Shown here piece after piece: positions 10,426 to 19,937 of a stretch of DNA of 64,000 bases (position 1 is the stretch's first letter; every line of letters starts with the position of its first letter). The stretch spans positions 64,001 through 128,000 of IMG/VR virus record IMGVR_UViG_3300044797_000394. One strand, 5' to 3'. The stretch is from a virus. The translations under genes and the position numbers were made by a program. The notes beneath the pieces are model-generated. The model was given only the letters and a program-made list of their open reading frames with translations, did no database searches and was not told where the DNA came from.

Positions 10426-10462
10426 GCGGCGCACCTAAATTAGGCTGCGCCGTTTCGCTTTT
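10426..10462 (+). terminator. putative intrinsic terminator
   Basis: GCGGCGCA-CCTAAATTAGGC-TGCGCCGT hairpin followed by TTCGCTTTT. Confidence 0.55.
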
Positions 10463-10480
10463 GTGGTGTATGGGTATCTC

Positions 10481-12085
10481 ATGACGCCCGAATTCGATAA
10501 GCACCTCAAGTCCCTTTCCCGGTTGATCTACTTCGTCACGGACGAGGAGGATCGATTTCTCATGAACCTATCGACGACGGTGAACAAGAAGTGGCTTCCC
10601 CGAACGTGGGTTTACAACTTCACGACGGGTCTCCACCAGATCAGTGACGTCATCGCCGACTGGGAGGCGCACAAGCACACCGTAAATAAGGAGAAGCTCG
10701 AAATCAACTCGGTTCTCGAAGGCATCTACAGAGAAGACCTGCACAACGATCAGAGCTTCTACGTCTTCCTGGACCCCGAGCGGCTCTTCAAGGACGAGCA
10801 CGTTACCCGGCGCATCCTCAACATCGTGCACTGCCTGCACAACGATATCCATACGGTGAAGGTCCTCATCTTCGTCGGTCCCCGCCGGTCGATTCCTGAG
10901 AAGCTTTCTCGGTACATGGAGATCGTTCACGATACGGGACTGACCGACGAGGAGATTCAAACCCTCATCCAGGAGACGTGTGCCAACCTCAACAAGACGA
11001 TGGGGAGCACCAAGGTTCCCGTTCCCGACGACATCTCGATCTTCCGAGGCATGACCTCGTGGGAGATCACAGCCGCCATTTCCCAGTCGGTTGTCACCAC
11101 GAAGAAGGATCCGGACCCGGCCAAACGGTTTCGAATCGAACCGCACATCATTACGACCTATCGCCAGCGTGCGATCAAGCAAACCGGACTCCTTCAGTAC
11201 GTCGACACGAGCAATTTTACATTCGACCAGCTCGGCGGCGTTCAGAGATTCAAGGATTGGGCCGTCAGCACGGCATCCGCGTGGTCTCCGGAGGGGAAAC
11301 AGTTCGGCCTTACCCCGCCAAAGGGAATTCTCAACGTCGGCGTCTGGGGTTGCGGTAAGTCCCTCAGCGTCAAGGCGATGGGCACTGCCTGGGGTCTCCC
11401 CGTTGTCCAACTCGAAACGGGTAAGCTACGCTCGTCTCAACAGGGAGCTTCGGAAGCCAATGTTTACCAGGCTATCCGCATGATCGAGCAGGTTTCCCCG
11501 TGCATCGTCTGGATTGACGAGGCGGAAAAGAGCCTTGCTGGCGGCAAGTCGAGCGATCACACCGATAGCGGTACGACGAGCCGTATGATCGGTATCCTTT
11601 CGACGTGGCTGCAAGAAACGACGGCCCCCATCTGCCTCGCTCTGACGGCGAACTCCCTCGCGTCTTTGCCCATCGAATTTATCAACCGACTGGATGAGCG
11701 ATTCTTCTTCGACCTCCCCTCAAAGAAGGATCGCATCGAAATCCTCAAGATTCACTTGGCGAAGAACAAGCAGGACCCGCGACGATTCGATCTTGACGCT
11801 TTGGCGGAAGCCGCTAACATGATGGTCGGTCGAGAGATCGAACAGGCCATCAAGGCGGCGATGACTGAAAGCTTCAACAAGAAGTTTTCAGCTCTCAGCT
11901 TCGACGTTCTACACTTGACGCTCGAGCGGAAGCCGCGCCTCGCAAATACGATGGTCGACGAGGTCAAAGGACTCATCGAATGGGTCGGTTACGACGACAA
12001 AGCCGACGACGGGATTCGGGCACGCTACGCGGCCCCTCCCACTCGGAAAAACGCACCGCCGCCCGCCGCCCTGAAAATCGTTTGA
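10481..12085 (+). CDS. Ycf46-like AAA+ ATPase
   Basis: N-terminal inactive AAA-like domain (IYFVTDEEDR), then PKGILNVGVWGCGKS, WIDEAEK, LTAN, RLDERFFFDLP. ATG 10481 is 10 nt after TGGTGTA. Confidence 0.85.
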   Translation: MTPEFDKHLKSLSRLIYFVTDEEDRFLMNLSTTVNKKWLPRTWVYNFTTGLHQISDVIADWEAHKHTVNKEKLEINSVLEGIYREDLHNDQSFYVFLDPERLFKDEHVTRRILNIVHCLHNDIHTVKVLIFVGPRRSIPEKLSRYMEIVHDTGLTDEEIQTLIQETCANLNKTMGSTKVPVPDDISIFRGMTSWEITAAISQSVVTTKKDPDPAKRFRIEPHIITTYRQRAIKQTGLLQYVDTSNFTFDQLGGVQRFKDWAVSTASAWSPEGKQFGLTPPKGILNVGVWGCGKSLSVKAMGTAWGLPVVQLETGKLRSSQQGASEANVYQAIRMIEQVSPCIVWIDEAEKSLAGGKSSDHTDSGTTSRMIGILSTWLQETTAPICLALTANSLASLPIEFINRLDERFFFDLPSKKDRIEILKIHLAKNKQDPRRFDLDALAEAANMMVGREIEQAIKAAMTESFNKKFSALSFDVLHLTLERKPRLANTMVDEVKGLIEWVGYDDKADDGIRARYAAPPTRKNAPPPAALKIV

Positions 12086-12100
12086 AACCGGGAGTGTCCT

Positions 12101-13243
12101 ATGGCTGACCTCACCCTACCCAATGTAACGAGTCTGGCCTCTCCCAAGTCCAAACAGTTGCTGGGCGCAAGGTTCGAGGTTCAGCGAAACCGGGCTCTCC
12201 GATCGATCTTCGAAAAGTACGCTGGACAGTCGGGCGAGGAAGCTTCCACTAACCTCGCCCGCGAGCTACTGGAGCCTCTCACAGAGCTTCAGGAGGGCTC
12301 GGTTGAGGATCTCCAGGAGGTAGCACGGTACCTAGCCGACGAATACCTGCAAATCGGAGATAAGGTCCTGCTGATTGATCGAGAGACAGGAAAAGCCATT
12401 GCCACCCTCACGGAAGAGGATATATGGCAGCCGCCTGATGTCCCTCGTGAGAGTGGAAGGATGGTGAAGCCGCTTCCACGGATCAATCCCAAGGTTGAGG
12501 CGCTTGTCATCAGTTGGAAGTTCGAGAAAAAGAGAGAGGAGATTCTGCTCAGGGACTTGTCTTCTCGTCTTGCCCAAACCGATGAGGACAAGGCACTCGG
12601 GGATCGACGCCTACTTGCCACAACCCGCAAGGGGCGGTCGTTCATCGTCGATGAACTCCGAACCGCTCTCCCTAGTCTCATTCCCACATTCGTGAGCGGT
12701 GGTCTACGTCGATTTATAGATCTTCTTTCCTTGGAAGGTGATACCACGGGAATGACGTCGTACTTGAGTTTTCAGTCGTTCGCCAGGGTCAAGTTGGGCC
12801 TTCAAGATGCGAAAGCTCGTAATCTGCTGTTCAACATCGCTGGGTCCCACAGGTCCACGATTGCTGCTCAATGGGCACGAGACATCGCCCTGACCGTCAG
12901 CTCCCTCATGCATGACCTGAAGCCAGCCGTTGCGCAGAGCTCAAGAGACAAGTTGCCCTCTGGTATCTGGGTTGCGTCCCCTGAGGAGTCGATGGTCCTA
13001 CGACGGGGGATGCACACGGGAATCACGACCATTCCCATCGAGGGAGTGCCAGTCACGAGATTCAATGGAGTGGTCGGACGACTTGATGTAAGAAACACCA
13101 GCCTCGCAAGTCGAGAGATTCACGATCGATGGGAGATTGTGGCGCAGTTGGATTATGACCTCCACCTGCGTGCGGATTTGGCCACGCCTACCATTCTTAC
13201 GGATATGCCAACTCCAGTGTTTGCCGCGGAAGTAGTACGATGA
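12101..13243 (+). CDS. hypothetical protein
   Basis: 380-aa ORF with SD GGAG. Confidence 0.7.
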   Translation: MADLTLPNVTSLASPKSKQLLGARFEVQRNRALRSIFEKYAGQSGEEASTNLARELLEPLTELQEGSVEDLQEVARYLADEYLQIGDKVLLIDRETGKAIATLTEEDIWQPPDVPRESGRMVKPLPRINPKVEALVISWKFEKKREEILLRDLSSRLAQTDEDKALGDRRLLATTRKGRSFIVDELRTALPSLIPTFVSGGLRRFIDLLSLEGDTTGMTSYLSFQSFARVKLGLQDAKARNLLFNIAGSHRSTIAAQWARDIALTVSSLMHDLKPAVAQSSRDKLPSGIWVASPEESMVLRRGMHTGITTIPIEGVPVTRFNGVVGRLDVRNTSLASREIHDRWEIVAQLDYDLHLRADLATPTILTDMPTPVFAAEVVR

Positions 13244-13638
13244 AACGGTTCTACAGCTTCGTCGTCTGGTCCCCTGGTGAAGTACCCCTTCCTGAGATGG
13301 GAGAGGTACTTGAGAGAGGACAAACCGCCTTCAACGGATTCGTCGACGACATTGACGCGTTCAAGAACAAGCTCAGTGCCAACGGGGTTAGGCTCATTCG
13401 GTACAACATACTGGACGATCACACCCCGCTTCCAAAGGATTCTCTTTATGGGGGGTTGTTACAGGATGTCCATACGACCGGTGCCCCGCAGCTTCAATCC
13501 GACGTTTTGGTCCCAATTGGCGCTGAGAACCCTGTCGTACTTGAGGGATCGCCACCGACCGGCCCTTTTGGGGGAGATTTCCTTGTGGTTGGGGATGAAT
13601 CTGAAGGAAACGGAAGCGATTCTAACGGACCTCGTTGA
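13240..13638 (+). CDS. hypothetical protein
   Basis: ATGA overlap with the upstream stop. Confidence 0.55.
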   Translation: MKRFYSFVVWSPGEVPLPEMGEVLERGQTAFNGFVDDIDAFKNKLSANGVRLIRYNILDDHTPLPKDSLYGGLLQDVHTTGAPQLQSDVLVPIGAENPVVLEGSPPTGPFGGDFLVVGDESEGNGSDSNGPR

Positions 13639-13795
13639 GAAGCGTCTGATTCGTCCGGCCGAGGGAAAAGAGCTTCCCCCCGATTTTACGGAAGGGTACG
13701 CTTACCTACTGGTGGACGTTCGTGCTATACCCAAAGGTGATTGGGACCTCATCCCATCGAGTATCCTTGGGGACATTCCAGAACGTTTGCGATAG
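13466..13795 (+). CDS. putative winged-helix protein
   Basis: LSYLRD..RPALLGEISLWLGMNLKETEAILTDLVEKRLI looks like a wHTH. Overlaps the previous ORF by about 170 nt. Confidence 0.45.
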   Translation: MSIRPVPRSFNPTFWSQLALRTLSYLRDRHRPALLGEISLWLGMNLKETEAILTDLVEKRLIRPAEGKELPPDFTEGYAYLLVDVRAIPKGDWDLIPSSILGDIPERLR

Positions 13796-13817
13796 ATTCC
13801 CGGTGTAGGAATAGGGT

Positions 13818-14642
13818 GTGAAGCCCCGCAAACGAATGTGGATTGACGTGGATGAGGTACTTAATGAGTACCGAATGGCGATTCTCGATATTGCCCGAAA
13901 GGTTCTCCACAAGGAAATCGACCTTTTCGACCATCCTGGCACGTCTTGGGACGTGTTCGATATCTTCACCCCCGAGGAGAACAAGATTCTCTTTGAAATC
14001 GCGGGGTCTCAAGGCTTTTGCTGGTCCCTACCCATTCGTGCCGGGTCACAGGAGGCCGTCGAGGAGCTACGCAGACACGTCGATCTGTTTGTCGTGACCT
14101 CCCCATTCGATTCGCGGCATTGGGTTTACGAGCGAGACGCGTGGCTCGAGAAGCACTTCGGGTTCAAACGGCATGAGCACGTAGTTCACACGGCGGCCAA
14201 GTATCTCGTGGACGCCGATATCTGCCTAGATGACAAACCGTCGAACGTTTACACTTGGCACGAACATCACCCGCACGGTCTCGCAATGGTGTGGCCGACT
14301 TTTCACACACGAAATATACCGGTTGAGGAGCAGTACCGAGTACGTGACTGGGCTCACGTTATTGAACGGGTCAAAAACTTCTCGGGGACGCGGCACTACG
14401 ACCTCTCGGCGCATCGTCAAATTCAGAACTTGAAAGATGACCTCAAGATGGCGGCCGAACTCCTCACGAAGTGTGGAATCTGTTATCAGCCAGCAACGTA
14501 CGAGAGACCGTACATCAATGTGTGTGACTCATGTCAGGCTATAGCAGAGTCATACCCGGCAGACCCGACCTTGTGCGTTAGGGAACTTCGCCAAGCGGAT
14601 TTCGTTCGGAAGATGATCAAGCACGGTCTCTCAGAGGTGTAG
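13818..14642 (+). CDS. HAD 5'(3')-deoxyribonucleotidase (NT5C-like) with C-terminal extension
   Basis: IDVDEVL, VTSP, WLEKHF, K...D...DDKPSN. Confidence 0.8.
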   Translation: MKPRKRMWIDVDEVLNEYRMAILDIARKVLHKEIDLFDHPGTSWDVFDIFTPEENKILFEIAGSQGFCWSLPIRAGSQEAVEELRRHVDLFVVTSPFDSRHWVYERDAWLEKHFGFKRHEHVVHTAAKYLVDADICLDDKPSNVYTWHEHHPHGLAMVWPTFHTRNIPVEEQYRVRDWAHVIERVKNFSGTRHYDLSAHRQIQNLKDDLKMAAELLTKCGICYQPATYERPYINVCDSCQAIAESYPADPTLCVRELRQADFVRKMIKHGLSEV

Positions 14643-14650
14643 AGGGGGTC

Positions 14651-15607
14651 ATGAAGCAATACCTCGACCTCGTTCGTCACGTTCTGCACGAGGGCACCCG
14701 TAAGGAAAATCGTACGGGCGTAGACACCATATCGACTTTCGGGTACTACTACGAAGTCGACTTGAGGAACGGATTTCCCTTGCTCACTACGAAGGCCGTG
14801 AGCTGGAAGAACATCGTCATTGAGATGTTATGGTTCCTTTCTGGGCAAACAAACATTGACATCCTCAAGCGGCACGGCTGCAAGTTCTGGGATGCGTGGG
14901 CCGACGAGAGCGGGAAAGTTCCAAGCGCGTATGGAAATTTCTGGAGGCATTTTCCCATACACGGAAAAGACGTCACTTTGGCGTCCGAGGGGTCGGAACC
15001 GATTGGAGAGTTCAACGACCAGATCCGCTGGGTGTTGGAAGAACTGAAGCGAAACCCCATGAGCCGTCGCATGGTGGTGTCTGCATGGGCACCCGGCAAT
15101 GCTCAGACGAGCAAGCTCCCTCCGTGTCATTGCCTTTTCATGTTCAACGTGCAGAACGATCCGTGGGTCAAGTTCAACAGTATGAAAAATGGGGACACCG
15201 AATACGGGGACAAGCAGCGGCTCTGTTTGCACCTTACGCAGAGATCATGCGACGTCGCACTTGGGGTGCCATACAACATCGCAAGCTACGCCCTACTTCT
15301 CAGCCTCTTTTCTCAGTTCAGCGGCATTGAGCCTGGAATCTTCGGCCACACTCTCGTTGACGCGCACGTGTACACGATGAAGCCCGACGGTAGCAAAGCC
15401 GAGTTCGATCATATTCCAGGTCTCATGCAACAGATCGCTCGGGAGCCGAAACCGCTTCCCCGTCTCGTTATCGATCCGACCCTTCGAGATCTCCAGGACA
15501 TTGAGGCCCTCATGGATCCGAAGCTCACGACAGACGAGGTCATGAGCCACTTCGTGCTCGAGGGGTATGATCCTTATCCTGCGATTTCGTTTAAGGTGGC
15601 AGTCTAA
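14651..15607 (+). CDS. thyA: thymidylate synthase
   Basis: NRTGVDT, FPLLTTK, LPPCH, QRSCDVALGVPYN, DAHVY. Confidence 0.97.
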   Translation: MKQYLDLVRHVLHEGTRKENRTGVDTISTFGYYYEVDLRNGFPLLTTKAVSWKNIVIEMLWFLSGQTNIDILKRHGCKFWDAWADESGKVPSAYGNFWRHFPIHGKDVTLASEGSEPIGEFNDQIRWVLEELKRNPMSRRMVVSAWAPGNAQTSKLPPCHCLFMFNVQNDPWVKFNSMKNGDTEYGDKQRLCLHLTQRSCDVALGVPYNIASYALLLSLFSQFSGIEPGIFGHTLVDAHVYTMKPDGSKAEFDHIPGLMQQIAREPKPLPRLVIDPTLRDLQDIEALMDPKLTTDEVMSHFVLEGYDPYPAISFKVAV

Positions 15608-15626
15608 CCGGTGTAGGTAGACCATT

Positions 15627-16166
15627 ATGGGTACAATCAGAGTCATCGCTGCGACGGATCCGAATGGTGTGATTGGAGTCGACGGTGATATGCCTTGGCA
15701 CTACAAGGCTGACTTCAAACGGTTCAAAAAGATCACTATGGGCGGCGTTCTGGTCATGGGGCGGCTCACGTGGGAGTCTCTTCCGAAGCCGTTACCGGGG
15801 AGGCGCACGGTCGTCATCACCCGTCAGATCAAACCTCAGTCGAAGCACCCCGCGGGTTCGTGCGAGTACTTCCAGGACTTCGTTAAAGCGATGCGTTCCG
15901 CGATCGTTCCGCTCGAGGGGGAAACCGGAGACGTTTGGATAGCCGGTGGCGGTGAAGTATACCGCATGGCGCTCGAAGATCACAGGGAAGGCATCGACGA
16001 AATTGATTTGACCTTGGTCCCCGAGGTGGCTAAGGAGAATCTTGAAAAGGGGAGTATCGTCACAACTTTCCCGCCTAATCTTCTTGACGGATTTCAGTTG
16101 GTGTCAGAAACAACTAACGAGGAAGACCCTCGACTCATACATCGGAGATACGAGCGTCTTACATGA
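15627..16166 (+). CDS. folA: dihydrofolate reductase
   Basis: GVIG...MPW...DFKRFK, VMGRLTWESLPKPLPGR, IAGGGEVY. Confidence 0.93.
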   Translation: MGTIRVIAATDPNGVIGVDGDMPWHYKADFKRFKKITMGGVLVMGRLTWESLPKPLPGRRTVVITRQIKPQSKHPAGSCEYFQDFVKAMRSAIVPLEGETGDVWIAGGGEVYRMALEDHREGIDEIDLTLVPEVAKENLEKGSIVTTFPPNLLDGFQLVSETTNEEDPRLIHRRYERLT

Positions 16167-16169
16167 GCC

Positions 16170-16553
16170 ATGGAGCCCGAGGTCAATACGTTTTTCGCTG
16201 TCCAATTACGACCAGGTGAGACACCCCATCAACTGGCCGCTCTCGTCCTACATATTGCTGACGAGTTGCGGAGTCGTTTCCGAAGGCTCGATACGCTTGA
16301 CATCATTCAGATCGGTGGCAAATCGTTCGTAAGGTTCCAATCCGACGTCATCAACCCGTTTCCCGTACTTGACCGCCTCCTTAGAGAAGGGCGCTCAAAC
16401 ATCAGCGCAAGTCCTGGAACGTACCTACTTCGAGAGGTGAGCGGAAAGAACGGAAGGGTACCTGGGACGGCAATGCACCAGGTTCCGATGGCGCGGCACC
16501 ACCGCAAGTACCAGGGCCCCCGAACGGAGGGCTGGCAAGCTCAATTCGCGTAG
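16170..16553 (+). CDS. hypothetical protein
   Basis: 127-aa ORF following folA. Confidence 0.55.
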   Translation: MEPEVNTFFAVQLRPGETPHQLAALVLHIADELRSRFRRLDTLDIIQIGGKSFVRFQSDVINPFPVLDRLLREGRSNISASPGTYLLREVSGKNGRVPGTAMHQVPMARHHRKYQGPRTEGWQAQFA

Positions 16554-16566
16554 TTCTTTCTATGGG

Positions 16567-17541
16567 TTGTACCTGGATGTGGAAGTGGAAGTGTCACCCA
16601 ATCGACCTTACGGAGTAGTCTACCTGGTTACCAATACGGTGAACGGGAAGGTTTACATTGGACAGACAGTGTGCACCCTCAAGACTCGTTGGAACCGTCA
16701 CAAAGCGGCTTCGCGTGGGGGGTCTCAAGTACCCTTTCACCGAGCTATTCGTAAGTACGGCCCGGGTGCCTTTACGATCGAAGAGTTAGAACAATGCTCC
16801 GATCAAGAAGCGTTGTGCCTAGGGGAATCTAAGTGGGTGGAGAAGTTGAACAGTACCACTTCTGGCGTTGGGTACAACTGTACAAGCGGCGGTGAGGCCG
16901 GGTATGAACGAACCTCGTCGTACAAAATAAAGATTTCTAAAGCACAAAAGAGGCGGTTGTCCGATCCCAGTGTAAGAGAACACCAATCATTCGTTATGAG
17001 GGAGTACTATCGAAAGAACCCACTAGCAGCGGTTCAGCATGGGGTGCGACATTCGGCAATCATGAGAGAAAAGCATAGGAATGATCAGACACTTCGAACT
17101 CAAATGGGTGTGTTAGGTAAGAAAGGGTCCGCCGTTCGTTGGTACCCCCATTTGGCTAGGCGTGGAGAATGGGCATCCGAGAATGAGCTGCGTCATCTCA
17201 TCCAGGGACTCAAAGTAGATGAGTACGAAGTCAAGAAAAGAGATTGGGGTCTTCAATTTCCAAAGGCTGCGCTGTTTGTAGACCTGTACGGCAAGACATT
17301 CCAGGAGATTCGAGATGGTCACCGCCGTGGAGTGGTCCCCGTAGATGAAGCTACCTTGAGAGATGCTATTCAGCATATGACCCAAATGGAGTACATGAAA
17401 GAGAGAAAAAAGTTAGGTCCTATGTTCCTGGAGGTCGGACGTTTCCAAAAAGTCTATGGTAAAACGTTCAAAGAGATAAGGGATGGCAACAGGGACTCTA
17501 GGTGGGAAAAAAGGTGGGCCTCCAAATGCGTGTCGCCGTAA
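16567..17541 (+). CDS. free-standing GIY-YIG homing endonuclease
   Basis: GVVYLVTNTVNGKVYIGQT...RWNRH...AIRKYG...E...GYN. Two C-terminal YGKTFxEIRDG repeats. The start may be GTG 16579. Confidence 0.85.
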   Translation: MYLDVEVEVSPNRPYGVVYLVTNTVNGKVYIGQTVCTLKTRWNRHKAASRGGSQVPFHRAIRKYGPGAFTIEELEQCSDQEALCLGESKWVEKLNSTTSGVGYNCTSGGEAGYERTSSYKIKISKAQKRRLSDPSVREHQSFVMREYYRKNPLAAVQHGVRHSAIMREKHRNDQTLRTQMGVLGKKGSAVRWYPHLARRGEWASENELRHLIQGLKVDEYEVKKRDWGLQFPKAALFVDLYGKTFQEIRDGHRRGVVPVDEATLRDAIQHMTQMEYMKERKKLGPMFLEVGRFQKVYGKTFKEIRDGNRDSRWEKRWASKCVSP

Positions 17542-18299
17542 TACAATTCAAGCCTACGTTCAAGGATAAGAAGGGCAACATCGAGCGGTTGTCCGCACTG
17601 ATTGTTGAGGCAGCGAGGAACGGGGCAAAAGTAATATGCGCTCCTGAGTTGGCGACTACCGGGTACTCTTTCATGTCAGAGGAGGAGGCTCGCCCGTTCG
17701 CAGAGAGTCCCCAGTGGTTAGACGATTGGAACGGGGTAAGCCCGTGTACAATGATGGGTCGAGCATTGTCAATCTCTCGCAATCTTCAGGTGACCATTAC
17801 TTTCGGCTTCGTTGAGGTCGATTTGGGTACCAACAAGCTCTACAATTCGCAGGTCTTCATTGGTCCGGACGGATACCATGAAAGTTATCGAAAGATTTGC
17901 CCTTTTGGTAACGATTACATTTGGGCCGGTCGGGGCCAAAGCAACCCTCCCGTAATTCGCACGACAATAGATGGGGAACAGTGGAAGATTGGTCTGCTTA
18001 TTTGCCGTGACGTAAGGGACAAAAAAGACGACAAATGGAACAGCTTTTATGAACCTGGGGATGCGGATCTGGTTCTAATGGTTAGTGCCTGGGGTGACGG
18101 GGGTGTGCCTGCCAACGGATGGATGGACTTTGTGGAAGAGAATCAAACGGCACTCGCTGTCTCCAACGTGTGGGGAAAGGAAGCAAACAACGATTTTGGT
18201 GAGGGTGGCGTTTGCGTCATCGAAAAAAGTGGTAAAGTTCATTGTGACGGACTCAAATGGTCCGAAGATTGCATCGTGTACGCGGAGCTGAAGAAGTGA
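17526..18299 (+). CDS. carbon-nitrogen hydrolase (nitrilase superfamily, Nta1-like)
   Basis: E-K-C triad: PELATTGY, YRK, LICRD. Confidence 0.85.
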   Translation: MRVAVIQFKPTFKDKKGNIERLSALIVEAARNGAKVICAPELATTGYSFMSEEEARPFAESPQWLDDWNGVSPCTMMGRALSISRNLQVTITFGFVEVDLGTNKLYNSQVFIGPDGYHESYRKICPFGNDYIWAGRGQSNPPVIRTTIDGEQWKIGLLICRDVRDKKDDKWNSFYEPGDADLVLMVSAWGDGGVPANGWMDFVEENQTALAVSNVWGKEANNDFGEGGVCVIEKSGKVHCDGLKWSEDCIVYAELKK

Positions 18300-18580
18300 G
18301 CATCGCCGATCGAGTTGCAGCCCGAGTTGCCGAGCGGCTCACCATCCTGAGCGGACCCGAGGTTCGCCAGGCGGCGGCGCGTCTCGTTGCCAAACTCCCC
18401 GACGATTCCTTCGAGACCATCATCGCCAAGGCTTACTTTCGGGCCATCATGGATGGAGAAGAGTACAGAGCTAAACACCTAGCTAAGTCAGTGATGGTTT
18501 CGGAGGAGGTTGAGGCTCTGAAAAAGCAGCTCGCGAGCGAGATCAAGAGCAAGGCTCTTGCGGGCGAGGGCATCGAGTGA
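18296..18580 (+). CDS. RVAAR-tag hypothetical protein
   Basis: GTGA overlap. Begins MSIADRVAARV. Confidence 0.6.
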   Translation: MSIADRVAARVAERLTILSGPEVRQAAARLVAKLPDDSFETIIAKAYFRAIMDGEEYRAKHLAKSVMVSEEVEALKKQLASEIKSKALAGEGIE

Positions 18581-18627
18581 GGCGATAGGTCAACGATTGG
18601 TCGTCTTTCCGGTGTAAGTAAGAAGAG

Positions 18628-19914
18628 ATGCCCACCACCGACCAGCATTGTTCTTTCTGCCTCCACGCAAAGAACGAGGTCCCCGACGGACGGCTCATCA
18701 AGGGACAAGAGGAAGGCACCTACATTTGTGCCGATTGTGCTAAGGGGTCCTCGGAGATCTTTTTGAAGGAAATCACGAGGGAAAAGAGGGGCGAGGTTGC
18801 CCTGGGTAAACCTAAGGAAATCAAGGCGTACCTTGATCGGCACATCATCTCCCAGGATCGGCTCAAGACGACCGTCGCAACGGCAGTTTACCACCACTTC
18901 AAGAGGCGCGAAGCATCGAAGATGCTCAAGTCCGGGGGTGTAGCGATCCAAAAATCGAACATGCTCGTTCTCGGACCGACAGGATCCGGCAAGACCGAAA
19001 CGTTTCGCGCCATTAGCCGACTCCTCAAGGTTCCGTTCTACGTCCAGGACTGCTCTCGTTTGACGCAACAGGGGTACGTCGGGGATGACGCCGACGACAT
19101 GCTTCGGGGTCTCATTCAGGACGCGAGCGGAGACGTGGCCCGCGCCGAGTGGGGGATCATTCTTTGTGACGAGGCGGACAAGATAGCTCGCAAGAGCGGG
19201 CGTTCCGCGTCGGGTTATCGAGACATCACGGGCGAGGGCGTCCAGCAGGGGCTCCTACGCATCATTGAGGGGTGCAAGGTGCCCGTCACCCGAGGAATGG
19301 GAAAGAACGCGTCCGTGACGACTGTGGGCGCCGACGGAACAGTTCGCTCCAATGTCGACGTCATCGACACAACGAACATCTTATTCGTCTTTGCTGGGTC
19401 TTTTGCTGGCATCGAGGAAATCGTTGACCGTCGTGTAAACAAGGCGTCCCGACTGGGTTTCGGTTCCCAATCCAACGAAAAAAAGAGGCTCTCCTTAGAC
19501 GAAGCATACCGAACGGTTGTTCCGGACGACGTCCTTGAGTTCGGTTACATCCCAGAGCTTTTAGGGCGTCTGCCGATCCTCACCTCAACGTACGAGCTTA
19601 GCGAGGAGGATATGGTTCGAGTCCTCACGGAACCGGAAAACGCAATCGTGAAGCAATACAAGGCCCTGTTCGCTATGGATGACATTGCGCTCGAGTTCGA
19701 CAACGAAGCGTTGTTGGCGATCGGCCGGGAGGCAAAGAAGCGGCCGACGGGCGCACGGTCGTTGCGATCCATCGTGGAGGAGACCCTCGCACCTTATGCG
19801 TACAACCTTCCCAGCGAAGGGGATGCGACCGGATTGCGGATTACCGCTGAGTCCATTTGCGCGAGGGGGGAAGCCGTCGTCACCCGCACCGAACGTTTGT
19901 TGACTCACGGTTAG
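18628..19914 (+). CDS. clpX: ClpX-like AAA+ unfoldase
   Basis: CSFC..ICADC Zn domain, GPTGSGKT, GYVG pore loop, DEADK, RDITGEGVQQ, LGF loop, TGARSLR. Confidence 0.93.
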   Translation: MPTTDQHCSFCLHAKNEVPDGRLIKGQEEGTYICADCAKGSSEIFLKEITREKRGEVALGKPKEIKAYLDRHIISQDRLKTTVATAVYHHFKRREASKMLKSGGVAIQKSNMLVLGPTGSGKTETFRAISRLLKVPFYVQDCSRLTQQGYVGDDADDMLRGLIQDASGDVARAEWGIILCDEADKIARKSGRSASGYRDITGEGVQQGLLRIIEGCKVPVTRGMGKNASVTTVGADGTVRSNVDVIDTTNILFVFAGSFAGIEEIVDRRVNKASRLGFGSQSNEKKRLSLDEAYRTVVPDDVLEFGYIPELLGRLPILTSTYELSEEDMVRVLTEPENAIVKQYKALFAMDDIALEFDNEALLAIGREAKKRPTGARSLRSIVEETLAPYAYNLPSEGDATGLRITAESICARGEAVVTRTERLLTHG

Positions 19915-19937
19915 CCCTTCTATAGGGTAGCGTTCTT

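Noticed and set aside
10568-11410. Long antisense ORFs (also 35788..36480, 1358..1936, 18433..19068)
   Set aside because: Shadows of strongly supported + strand genes with GC-rich codon bias. They have no recognisable motifs.
14651-17541. Group I intron in thyA associated with the GIY-YIG gene
   Set aside because: thyA is continuous with all motifs, and the endonuclease lies outside it, beyond folA and another ORF.
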